Assembly: GCF_000181795.1 (NCBI RefSeq)
Contig: NW_003526948.1
Span: forward strand, 1,658,206 to 1,722,205
From: Trichinella spiralis
Lineage: Eukaryota
DNA: 64,000 nt
Direction of reading: 5' to 3'
A program made the translations under genes and the position numbers. Of the stretch, positions 42,201 through 54,800 are shown piece after piece; the first letter of the stretch is position 1, and each line of letters starts with the position of its first letter. The notes under the pieces are model-generated. The model was not told the origin of the DNA. It made no database searches and saw only the letters and a list, made by a program, of their open reading frames with translations.

Positions 42201-44043
42201 TATGCCAATTAAAGGTATGTGAATTTTCAATAACCCGCAATCCATTATTTTCTGAGAAATGTGATAAAGTTGCCAGTTGAGCATTTGGAGTTTATAAAAA
42301 TAAAGACAGGCATATTGCACCCGAATAACTTTCCAATCTGATAATTTTGGACTATTCTTACATCTGAATTGCAATCAGTGAATAAATTCATTTCACAAAG
42401 GTTTTTAATTTTCAAAGTTTTTGTTACATTCATGAAAGTCAAGAACAATTCTGGTAAAAAAACAATTATTTATTGGGTAAAAAAACTAATAGTTTCCTAG
42501 TGAAAATTAATAAAATCATACAATATTCTCATTTATTTAACTTCCATTTTACATTCCTTTTTCTTTCGGCATGTTAAAAATCCTATTTTAAGTTTCACTT
42601 TTTTGTGTATATCTCAAGAAATACGCAATCACGAAAAGTCTGGATACGTTTATAGTAGTTAGCGAATAATTCTCAACCGATATATATTAATTGCCTAAAC
42701 TTATCGGGTGAAAATTTGTTATCACAAACTGCAAACTTACATGTTCTGTAGATTTAGTTGTTTTTGCGAAAATCGGCGAAAAAGGTTTTTTCATTGTTCA
42801 GACTTTTTTTGATTTTTATAATTTCATATTGATAAAAGAAACTGTTTTCTAGAGATTCAACCCAACTACCCAGCAGATGTGGAATAAATGGGCTCCAAAG
42901 ATGAAATATTGTCTTTCGTAACAAGTGCGAGTGCTTCCCATCTTTACCGGATACCCTGAGGAATACTCAACCGGGAACCGCCGGGCAATGTTCATTGCAC
43001 TCTTCTTATCGTTTCTGAAAAATCGATGCCCATATATTGCATTTTCGGAGAAACATGTCTTTGTGGAAAACTGCAAAATTTCATGGGTTATAGACTTGGT
43101 CGTATTCGTGAAAATCAGTAAAAACTGTTTTGTCAAAATTTGCCCTTTTTCATTGATATAGTTTTATATTAAAAAACGATAGTGTTTTCGAGAGTTCTGG
43201 CTCCTCTCTTAATATGTTGGAAAGCTGCCAACCTGTTGCTTCCTCGAAACGCAAATAGCATGCGTGATTTTTAGCGAACGCAGCACTCTTGGCGTTTCAT
43301 GTGGGTATGCATAAAAATTCACCAAGAACTATTATTACACCTAATATTAATACAATGATATACAATGGTAAATAATTCTCACATCTATATTGTCTGCAAT
43401 CAATGAAATTGCGAAAATAAAATTTTTCAAATTAGAAGTCCTGTATTAGAAAAATGAATTTCAGGTACAAATGTTATTAGTAACGCGAACATTGTTTGGA
43501 GTATATAAGCCGTAAACTCTGCATAAATATAAATGGAATGGAATTAGACTCCGTATTATTAAGAAGTCAGTTTTTGTTGTGCTTTTCGTTGCTGCGACTA
43601 AAATCGTAACAGCACAGAACATTTTTGGCAATAACTCGACAAATACGGCTTCATAAAACGTAAGAACAGGTTTTTAGTGATTAATTTATTTTTTCTGATC
43701 AATTGAAATCATTTTCGCAAAAATTAAAAATTTTCGCCTTTTCAAAAAAGCAAGGCTATAGCCTTTGCTGTTTTAGCAATTTTTGATAGTAGGCTTTTGT
43801 CACAAATTTCGCTTTTTTTATTATAATTTGCAAATATCTGATAAATTAGAGGGTTATGGAAAGATCTACGGCAAATAAATGCGTACGTACTGAATAAATG
43901 GCCTCTAAAATTGCCCTCTGTCTATCTTAATACACAGGAAAGCCGTCCAACTGGAACTCCCGTTGAAAGGGATCTAGAGGGGTGGAATTTTGGCATGCGT
44001 GAACTTGTCGCCATTATAAGAGGTATTCATTCANNNNNNNNNN

Positions 44044-45320
44044 AAAATATAAATATAATTTCCGGCGATAGAGGAATTTTGGGGTGTCGGTTAATTGCCT
44101 TGGTTCCGGAGCGAAAGCTGCCTTGGAAGCCGGTTAACTTACCGGGGCTTGGTTTGTTTTATCTGATGGTTTGGTGGGCCACTTATTGTCCGGACAACCA
44201 TTTCTCGAAGATTCATTATTGAGGTTGTGCCCATAAACTGATTACCCGGTATTTAAATTACTGAAAAAATTATTCAATCTTTCCATTTGTTTTCGTTTAA
44301 AGATACGGGTTTTGCGCATTTTTCGGAAGCATGCAGTTTAATAAAGGAATCCGTTGTTTTATTTATATTTTCAGAAATTCGCCATTGATTTTAAACGTTT
44401 TTTTTTTTTTAACTTTTTACTATATGATAAAGGGGGGGGGGGGGGGAAAAAAAAAAAGCGTTTCTTTTGCCCCCCCCCCACACAAAAACAAGAAAGCGAA
44501 GTGACGGAACTCAAATGAAGTCAAAAAATAAGAGCGGTTTTCTTTAATACTGCGATTGTGATGCTTTGAAAAAATGAAGTTTTGCTTTGTTAAATTAACT
44601 GAACTATACTACACGGTTCAGATTTATATTAATGCAGTTTTCGCTTACTGACAGCAAAACTGATGTATGCAATTTCTTTCACGAATCACAGCAGATTCAC
44701 ATTTTCACTGGCTGATTTACGGCTGTTTTTATTTTTTAATGCATTCATTCATTTGTTCAGAGCTGCATCTTTTAATTGTTTTCATCATAAAGGTTTTCTG
44801 TTACGTATGAAAATAGTTTGATCATGTATTTAATTTTATATTTGTTGTCACAATCAAAGTTTGCCAATTACTTCTTTATATTCTTTTTTTCATTTATATA
44901 TTTTACCATTAATCCATCATTAAATCTCTTAATCATTCGTTGCATATGTAGTATCACGGCTTCAATGCCGATTTACACATTTACTTCAATAAGTTATTGA
45001 TCAGAGTAGAAATTCATTACATCGCATTATGAAATTAAATGAATTCCCAATTGTAGTCAAATTACTGGGTTCATTCATAATATCCTCATGAAATCCCATC
45101 GCAATCCCCTCGTAAGTTCACATGACATTATTCCGGTCTTTTCAGAATCTGAGACGTTTTGCAAAATAATTTTGTGTTTTTAGCAAGCAACATTATGCCA
45201 ATTAAAGGTATGTGAATTTACAATAACCCCCAATCCATTATTTTATGTGAAATGTGATAATGTTGCCCGTTCAGCATTTGGACTTCATCAAACTAAAGAC
45301 AGCCATGATGAATCCACCAC
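44044..45320 (+). repeat. Gap-bounded, error-rich direct copy of ~41115-42320; probable redundant contig
   Basis: The core ~44490-44830 is essentially identical to ~41497-41840. The flanks show homopolymer expansions and substitutions, and N-gaps lie on both sides (44034-44043, 45321-45330). Confidence 0.85.
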
Positions 45321-46195
45321 NNNNNNNNNNTTCTGATTTTTATGCATTCGCATTGATTTATTATAATGTATTTCAGAGTTTGGGTGAAATCTGTGCAGTA
45401 GTTGTGGAATAATGTGCCTCTAATGCTGGCACGTTGCACATATTGTTCTTGCATATATTTTATTACAGTATTTATAAAATGATGTGTCCATTTTCCCTTT
45501 TTGTTCGTTAGTTTACATTATTTTGAAGTGAACTTTTTGTTTTTTTTATCTTAGTTTTTGTATTTTTATTAATGTATTTCTTTTTATTTTTCTTAATGTA
45601 CAATGTGTTGCTGTTTTATTTTTGTCTGCTTTCTTCCCTGCGTGAGCTCATTTTCTGTTTACCGTTATCCACATAGGTAACCAAAACGCTGCCTTTTCGT
45701 ATATATCAATCGAAGACATTATAGTTGTATGTTATGTAATCAACTGTTTATTTTTATCTCACTAATTATTAGTATATTCAGCCGTTATTGATTTTGGAAA
45801 TAGAAAATGAATTCACATGCGAACTGTTTCTTGTTTTGTGTTTTGAAACATGTGTTTAAGCCTTTTCTTTTTCAATTGTATACGCTGTTGTTTTCTTAAT
45901 AAACGCGTTTATGAATTTCAATTTTTATTAATTTATATTAAGATTAAGATGCTATATTTTTGTTATAGTTGTTTTTCCTGTTTATTATTCATTGAGTCGC
46001 TTAGTGATGCTCTTTTAATTTGTTTATTGTTATGTACGATGTGTCTGTCAGAATGCTTGAAATTTTTCTGCTAATCTATTTTACCTTTTTTTCATAATCA
46101 TGATAAAGTAATTTACATCCAGTGAAGTTCTGATTTTTGAATTCAAGCTTAAACTGTTACTATATCTGCTATAGTGTTATTTTGCAGATCTAGAG

Positions 46196-49100
46196 ATGCC
46201 GCGTCGCAAAGTCACCGGTTTCTTGTTTTACATGAATTGGAATTTAACGAATTACTCCGCTACCGCGGACAGGCAAGAATTGGAATCATTTTTTCGAATG
46301 TGCGACCAAAAATGGTCTGTAATGAGCGAACAGGAAAAGGACGAATGGAAACTGAAGCTGCAGTCGAACAGAAATTTTCAACCCCATAAATTGTTGTATC
46401 TACTTTTACACAGTGTGCAATGTGATAAGGGACAAAGAACTCGTCACGTCCCATTCGAGCATATGTTTCCACGCGTAAGTTTCTTTCATTTACTTGTGGC
46501 TAGCTGTTTAGGTAGCTGGAAGTAGGTTGTTGTTTTTAACAGTAACGGTTTTAAGCAAAACCGTTGTTGATGTTAAAATTAATACAATGTTTCGTTTATA
46601 GTTTGAAAATCTGGATGATCCCAAATTTCAAAGTATGCGACGTCATGCTTCGTCCTTATTTTTAAATTCATTCAAGTTATCGAGGAGAAATTTGAATCTT
46701 CAACTTTCATACGCTTTAATCGGCGTATCATTCAGTGGGGATACTGTAGTAGATAGCAGATTTGTTGAAATCGACTTACTGAAATTCAAGTTGGAGTTCG
46801 GAATTATTAAAACGGCTGGTGTTACTATTGACACCGGTAATTTCAGTTCTTTGTTCGTTTTTATTAAAATGAATTATTTAATTTCGAAACATCCAAAGAA
46901 TATATCTCAATGATAATTAAACGTGTTTGTATTTATGTGCTTGATTTAGAGGAGTGGTCGCTCCCGTTGGATGTTAAAGATATTCTAAAAGAAAGCAGCT
47001 ACCTAGTTTGCGAAGGATTGAAATACTCTGCAGTGGCAGAAGTAATGAGATTTATCTGGGCGAAAGGTAAATAAGCGTTTTTGAATTTAAAAATTTTGTT
47101 TCCTGAATTATTTTTTAGATCGAAGATTGGGAATTCCCCCGCAGCTGTTGCTTATGGAAGATTTCATAAACACAGTTGTATTATGCAATGAGCAGAAAAA
47201 TGAAGAAGACATTGTTTTGCCACCGCTAATGAACTGCGATGCAGTAGAGGTACAATTTCCGATCGGCTGCAGTCATCACACCTTGCTGTCGACTGTAGAT
47301 TTTCCATGTGCAAAAGAAGAATCATTTATTGCACTGTAATCATGATATAAGAAAATAATGGATGAAGGGTAGTATATCTAGTTATCACTTTTTATTTAGG
47401 AAAGAGATCTTCCGGCAAATTCAAAATGTGCAACCGACGTTTTTCAAATCTGAGAAATTGTTAGAAATTTTGGAGTAAGTACTAAAATTAATGAAAATGT
47501 TGAAGAGCAGTTTATTAATAATCATTTAGAATAGCAATTATATTTTTTTTTTGCATGACTAGTTTGATAATTTGCGCCTCCATCAATTTAATCAGTATAT
47601 TACTTCTGCCGATGAATGCACTGAGAATCGTTGAGTTTGTGACGTCAAGCTAATAATAATTAATTTCTAGGTGGATCTGAAATCATTTAGTTGTTCATCT
47701 TTTTCACTTTTGTTTATAAATTTTACAACTTAAATTACACAAATTTCAACGTTCTCAAGTATTGCACGACATTTCACAGATGCTGCATTTTCAGGTTTCA
47801 CTCTATTTTATTACATATTATGAAAGTATTATATCTTTTAGAAATCAACGAAAAGCCCATATTGATTCTAGCCACCAAGAGGACGATACAGCTATGAATA
47901 CAGCTTTTGAAAACTTGTGTTTGATAGGTGAACATATTACATTTATATCGTACAGTTTACATAATAATGTATAAATATCATAGCAGTTGAGAATGTTTTG
48001 AAATTAACATTCATTTAATTTTTTAAAAATTTTACTATGCTGTGATTACTTTCTTATTTTCCATGATATATATATATATATAAATATATATCACAGAAAA
48101 TGTATATCTGTATGTAATGCACGTAGTTTTCAAATCTTTATTTGTTTAGACATTGTTCAGGAAAATACTGAACAAAAATTACCAGTCGAAGATAAAATGA
48201 AGACAATCGATGACACACAACCCGTGAAACAATATCCAATGTGGTTTAAAGGTGAACATATTATATTTATATCATGCAGTTTACATAATAATGTATAAAT
48301 ATCATAGCAGTTGAGAATGTTTTGAAATTAACATTCATTTAATTATTTTAAAATTTTACTATGCTGCGATTACTTTCTTATTTTCCATGATATATATAAA
48401 TATATATATCACAGAAAATGTATATCTGTATGTAATGCACGTAGTTTTCAAATCTTTATTTGTTTAGTCATTCTCGATGAATTGACTGTACTATACGAAT
48501 TACGACTCGAAGATAGAATGAAGTCAATGGATAACACACAACCCATGAAACGATATCCACCGTGGTTTAGATTTGAACGTATTATATCTATATCATACAG
48601 TGCACATAATACCATATAAATATCATAGCAGTCCATAAGGTATGAAATTAACGTACAAGTAATTATAATGAAAGTATCATATGTGGGGACAAGGATAAGT
48701 CTTGGTGCATTTATCAATGTCTCAGTCAGAACGATAAATACAAATATAAAGGAAAAATACAGACATGTATATGAGTGAGAACAAGTTTGTAATGTTTAAA
48801 AGAAGGGAAAAAAACAAACGTCACCCATGCGAGAAGTTATGTTTTCATATAAGTGAAAACCAGAATGGCAGCCGCACTCGTAACCAATTTTTTTATCAAC
48901 ACCAACGTGCTTGCTCATGTGAACCAGAAACGGCCGTTGGGTCACATTGCAAAGATGACCCTCGTATGACCAATCGCCACAATCATTTTGCCCGATGCAA
49001 GTAAGCGATTCGTCGANNNNNNNNNNCAAATTTGCACTGGCAAGCCGTTCAAGTGGAACTCGTGGGAAAGTACCAAGGGATGCGAGTGTTCTGGACATGC

Positions 49101-51194
49101 AAAGGGGTAAAAAGGTGATAATGTTACATGTGACAACTTTTTTACTTCATATGCACTAGGGGATAGAACTGAAAAAAAAGGAATTTGACTTTGGTTGGAA
49201 CTATAAAAAAAAAACAAGCCAGAGCTACCCAGGATCTGTTGCAAATACAAGGCAGAAAATTGAACTTTTTCAACATTTGCATATATATGAAGATTGCACC
49301 ATCGTCTCATACCTCCCAAAAAAGAACAAGAATGTTATAGTTCCAAGTACTATGCACAATGACAACCAGGTTTGCGACAGAAAGGGAAGCAAGCCTGACA
49401 TTATTCTACACTATAATAATACTAAAGGTGGTGTAGATAATTTAGACAAAATGACATCAACGTATTCCTGCCAAAGAATATCTGCACGATGGCCATTAGT
49501 CATATTTTACAACATCATCGACGTATCGGCATACAACGCCTACGTTCTATGGACAGAGAAACATCCAGCATAAAATTTAGGACGGCTGCATAAGCGTCGA
49601 TTATTCCTGGAAGAACTTGGCAAGGCTCTAGTGCAACCAGAAATGATGTGGCGCAAAACACTGCCCAGAACAGCAGCAGCAAAATCGGCGGTTGAAAGGA
49701 TGCGGAAAGATGCAGAGCAGCCATCTACAAGCGGTATCACTGATACGGATACAGGTGGTACAAAAAGAGCCCGATGTCAATTGTGTGTTTAAAGTGACAA
49801 CAAGACAAGCGTACGTTGTAAAAAATGCCAAAAATACATTTGTAAAGATCATACACAATCATATTGTAACTTATGTGCAGAAGAAATTTAAGTGTGTCAA
49901 TGTACATCCACCATATACGGGCATATTAAAAAAAATAATCTCTGAGTATTAGAATATTCATCAGAACCTTTTAAAATAAAATTCACGAATACTTAGTCAC
50001 AGTATGACCGCAAAACAAACTGTGCATCACTTATGGGTCAATTTGACCCGGAGGATAACGGGAGGTAAGTAAATTTGAGGATAACAGGAGGGTTAATCAG
50101 TATATTACTTCTGCCGATGAATGCACTGAGAATCGTTGAGTTTGTGACGTCAAGCTAATAATAATTAATTTCTAGGTGGATCTGAAATCATTTAGTTGTT
50201 CATCTTTTTCACTTTTGTTTATAAATTTTACAACTTAAATTACACAAATTTCAACGTTCTCAAGTATTGCACGACATTTCACAGATGCTGCATTTTCAGG
50301 TTTCACTCTATTTTATTACATATTATGAAAGTATTATATCTTTTAGAAATCAACGAAAAGCCCATATTGATTCTAGCCACCAAGAGGACGATACAGCTAT
50401 GAATACAGCTTTTGAAAACTTGTGTTTGATAGGTGAACATATTACATTTATATCGTACAGTTTACATAATAATGTATAAATATCATAGCAGTTGAGAATG
50501 TTTTGAAATTAACATTCATTTAATTTTTTAAAAATTTTACTATGCTGTGATTACTTTCTTATTTTCCATGATATATATATATATATAAATATATATCACA
50601 GAAAATGTATATCTGTATGTAATGCACGTAGTTTTCAAATCTTTATTTGTTTAGACATTGTTCAGGAAAATACTGAACAAAAATTACCAGTCGAAGATAA
50701 AAATGAAGGACCATTTCGATATGACACCACAAACCCCGTGTGAAAACAAAAATCCAAAAGTGGGTTTTAAAGGTGTGACACTTTTTAATATATTTTATTT
50801 CCCATGCAGGTTTACACATAATATAATGTGTATTTAAAAAATCAATAGCAGAGTTAGAAAATGTGTTTTGGGAATTTAACACATCCATTTTTAATTTATA
50901 TTTTAAAAATTTTTACTATATGCTCGCGAATTACCCTTTCTCTTATATTTTCCATGGATATTATTTTAATATTTTTTTTTTCACCAGAAAAATGTTAATA
51001 TTCTTGTTATGTTAATGGCCACGGTAGGTTTTTCAAATCCTTTTATTTTTGTTTTAGGTTCAATNNNNNNNNNNGGTATATTCTTATTTTTGTGAGAACA
51101 GCTAGTGATAAACGGGACATTTCATGTGCAAATTTTGACGAAGACTGATGAATATGAAGAGAATGGAAGCAATTCCGATGCGCTTTCATTGTAA
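46196..51194 (+). CDS. mael: Maelstrom-like protein (N-terminal HMG box plus MAEL domain); exons ~46196-46474, 46602-46836, 46950-47066, 47119-47334, 47400-47474, 47842-47927, 48150-48251, further repeat exons; 3' end uncertain
   Basis: MPRRKVTGFLFYM...FFRMCDQKWSVMSEQEKDEWK is HMG-box-like. EIDLLKFKLEFGIIKTAGVTIDT aligns without gaps to the MAEL pattern E.....(F/Y)SL..GI.......I.PG as I recall it. CSHHTLLSTVDFPCA supplies the C-x2-H...C motif. All listed introns are GT-AG with compatible phases. Confidence 0.72.
47928..48660 (+). repeat. Tandem ~320-bp intron+exon repeat units inside the Maelstrom-like gene
   Basis: Intron gtgaacatatta...ttgtttag occurs at 47928-48149 and 48252-48467, each followed by a related ~102-nt phase-1 exon. 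A degraded third unit follows. Confidence 0.85.
49027..50096 (+). mobile_element. piggyBac-family DNA transposon, 3' portion with right terminus; transposase is degenerate
   Basis: NVTCDNFFTSYAL, IVSYLPKKNKNVIVPSTMH and KPDIILHYNNTKGGVDNLDKMTSTYSCQRISARWPLVIFYNIIDVSAYNAYVLW are present, followed by a C-terminal Cys-rich domain (CQLC..CKKC..CKDH..CNLC). The element ends ...GGAGGG-TTAA at 50096. In-frame stops at ~49571 and ~49789. Confidence 0.95.
50093..51064 (+). repeat. Second copy of 47588-~48470 (Maelstrom-like intron and exons), degrading towards the gap
   Basis: Identical ORFs at 47691/50196 and 47762/50267. Identity starts exactly at the TTAA, and homopolymer errors appear after ~50700. 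Confidence 0.9.
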
Positions 51195-51843
51195 TTTAAT
51201 TCAATTCATGGAGCATAATACTGTACTCTTTTATTCGACATTTAAATATTTGGCAGTAGATGAAGAACTAAGATTCCTTCCTACTCTTTATAATTTTCAG
51301 TTTACTTAGAGAGCCAGTTTGAATACTGTTTAAGTTTATTTGAATTTCAATGTTTTCACGTATGTCATTTAATCACAATTTTTAGAATCGAATTCATTTT
51401 TTAAATTTATCATCTGAAATGATCAAGTGATACCATATTTTATTGTTCATTTGCAGTAACCGAATGGAATTATTGATTAGTAAATTGTTTGGTACAATTT
51501 TCCGTTATTATATATGAAAAGAAACTGTTTTGTCTTAATTTTACAGTTGAAAATGTTTTTCCTTCTCCCAACTGATTCGACATTCGGGATTGAAATTAAA
51601 ACTTTACAAGAAGAAAATGTTTGTTGTACCTTTGTGAAAACAATGAAACGTACGTAATCCAATCAATAATTATCCCTTCAAATGAGAAACAAGATCATCA
51701 TTAATACTGAGAGTGCCCTTTCTGTGCCGCCAAATAAAGGTACTGATAATTATTTTAATAAATAAATAAATAAATAAATAAATATGAACAGATTGAAGTG
51801 AAATAAGAAAAAAAAAGAATATTTTTCCTTACGTAACAGCTAG

Positions 51844-54800
51844 CTATCTGCTTGCTAAAGCACTATTGACAAATAAACGCAACTGCTGTGCCGACTGCGA
51901 TACGGCGACGACACTGCTGATCATCGCCTGTATGCTTGGTATTGCTGGATAATTTTGGGCAGCCAATTTTGTAGAAGCAACGCACGCCCGAAGCACGTCG
52001 CACAGACGATCCGCATGCTCTGTTACGATCAGCTGCACGGACCGGCTGTGCACACACTGGGCGATGTTGTCGCCGATGTAGACCAATTTGTGGGCAGCCA
52101 AGATGACCAGCTTCCCTAAGCCTATGAAACTACGCGGCGGCTGGTTGTTCTCCACGGCTGCCAAGAAATCATCGATGGCGCTGCTCAGGCAATGGATGTG
52201 ACTGTCGATTTGGCTGGAATAGAAGCGCAAAAGGCGTCGATCGTCCACATCCAAAGAGCCGTTGCTGTGGGATCGATTCGTCAACGACACATTTTCCACA
52301 AAATCATAAGCACTGTCATCGGCGACGCTAGCAGTGCTGGCGTTGTTGAGGATACCGTCGGCGTCATTAGCATTCCCTTCTTCCCCATTGGCAGTTGTTG
52401 TGATTGGGACAATTTTTCCATTTTGCCAACGTGACTGCTTATTATTATTATTAATATTATTATTATTGAAATTATTCAAATGCATTCTCAGCTGATCCAA
52501 AACTCGACGAGCGACAATTGTGAACTGCCTCATGAGCGGATAAGTGCGGTCCGCGTCTCGCATTGCTGAAGGAGCTTCCATATCCGAGGCGAGACGCTGC
52601 ATCAGTCCGACCGACTGCTGCAAACTGGGATCCGCCGCTTCACCGACCAATTGCAACAGACGACGAAGCAGAGATAGAGTTGTTCGACAATTTTTCGTCA
52701 GCGCTGACCACTGGGCATCGGTAAACGGCAACAACGAGCTGCTGTCGGCCAGAGTAGCCATGTTCGCTTTGTACTGATCGAACAGTTGCTGAAGCTCGGA
52801 CTGGGCTTGCTTTGGTGCTGGCTTTGGCGCCGTCGACGACAGCAGACAAAGCGACGACAACTCATCGACCGGTGGCAAAGCATCCACAGTAGGCTTTGTC
52901 AAGTCGGCTTTAGCTCGGGTCCCCGTCGGCACGTCATACAGATCTTTCCCTTGGCTTTCCAGTTCCACAGGAACCGTTCCACGAAAGCCGGCCGACGATG
53001 AATCCGAACTATAGCTAAATCTGTCTGACTGCGAAGACTGGGAACTGCTCCCAACCGAGTGCAAGCATCCTTCGACCGACGCGTCACCAGCAGAAAACAA
53101 TTTTGCCGTTGCTGTTTTGGAAAATGTCGGTTCCACCAATGCAGGCCGTTGGACGCCACGCCCCAAAAGTCCACTTGTCAACGACGATCGCTGGACAACA
53201 ACTGACGGAGAATCGTATACAACCGTCGAACGTTCCTCGGCCGAACTTTTCTTCGACAAAGTAGCCTCGGACGGCTCTCGTACCAACGTGATCGGCACAT
53301 TACGAATCACCGGCTTGCGTCCCACTGTCGACGCAGTTGGTACATCGTAGATATCTTCTTCATCCACGTCACCCCTGTTGTCTTCCGTTTCTTCTACATT
53401 TTCGACAATTTCATTGTTTTTCATCGGCAAGAAATCTTCAAATACCAAAAAAAAAAGAAATGGATAATTTCACGAAATCAACACAAAAAAATACCCTCTT
53501 CACAAAACATTTATACTTGCTTTCCAATTGCATACAGTAGCCGGAAATAAGAATGTCTAGATCACCACTGTCAATTGACAAAGCACAAAACATTGCAACA
53601 GTAAAATTATCATCTCCTATCCTGTATCACTGACAAATAATACAGTCAGCGCAGTGCACAAATAATTTGTGAAATTTTCATAACTGAATAAAATTTTAAA
53701 ACCCTTTTCAAAAATTAACAAATATTATGTAACAGGTTTTTTCAAAAAAATTTTTTTAATGCACATGGTTCAAAATTTCACGTGAAGTTCAGCAAAAGTT
53801 TCCAAATGAACAATCAGTTACAGTAATCAGCATTGGCGATCCTAATTTTAACCAAAATACTACTTCATCATCATTCTCTACTAATCAACTGATGTTGCTT
53901 AGAAATCCAGTTCACAATGCAGACGCATATCAGGAGCACAGCTCAAGTATTTATTTAAATTTTTTTCCAAAATTTACTACATCACAACAACAAATTAAAA
54001 ACCTTTACTACTGTAATGTGGAGTGACAAAAAGACCAAAACAGTTTTCCAAAAGATAACATACCGTTTAATAAAAAGGCTTTTTTGTAATCGAAAGGATG
54101 TGCAGCTCCGTTACCGTTGCCATCAGCAACCGCTTTGAAATTGCTCTGATCGTAAACAAAAACGTCGCCAATCCGTCGTGGTGTTATAAGCTGTAAAATG
54201 AGAAAAAATTATTCTACAGTCACATAATATTATTTACTACTCATACTCGACAATAAATATTTACGCATAACAGTAAAAGAGAAAAATATTTCTTTTACTT
54301 TGCAATTTATATATACACCCTTCTTTAAATTCGAGGTTTGCATCTTCGGAAAAAACACCTGACTTAAATTTCATTATCTATAGAACTTTTGAGAGTTATT
54401 TTGAAAATCATCATTTATATATTTAAACAAAATGTATAAATTCAAATAAATAAAACCTACTCCCTTGTAAAGCTCTACATGTGCTTGAAAATAATTTCTG
54501 AAAGCATAAAAAAAATAATTTCTCTCATAACCTCTGCTACTGATAAATACCAAGGAAATTCAAATGCACGTTCATCATACATAAAATACGAATTATATTG
54601 GTTGCATTCGTTGTTGTCGTTTGCTGATGATATGTGCAAGGTGCAAGCAAAATTCAAATGAATGAATGAAATAAAAAGTAAACAGCCAATCAAATGTAAA
54701 CTGGATTTATTGATGTTAACATAAATTTGAGAAAACTGAATTTAGGAAAATTTACAACAATGCCGTCGATAATTTCGATCTGCCGGTATAATTTTTCAGC

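Noticed and set aside
44044..45320. Apparent diverged tandem duplication of 41115-42320
   Set aside because: It is gap-bounded, and differences cluster at the ends as homopolymer expansions (e.g. poly-G/A/C at 44430-44480), typical of untrimmed reads.
48660..49016. Possible left part of the piggyBac or a novel ORF (48765-49004)
   Set aside because: No TTAA-CCC left terminus or recognisable transposase motif was found, and it lies in degrading sequence before a gap.
50700..51064. Apparently divergent extra repeat exon
   Set aside because: Progressive base duplications toward the gap indicate low-quality sequence from the 48150-48470 unit.
52192..53350. Several overlapping short ORFs on both strands
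   Set aside because: Alternate-frame or antisense by-products of the GC-richer large Cas exon.
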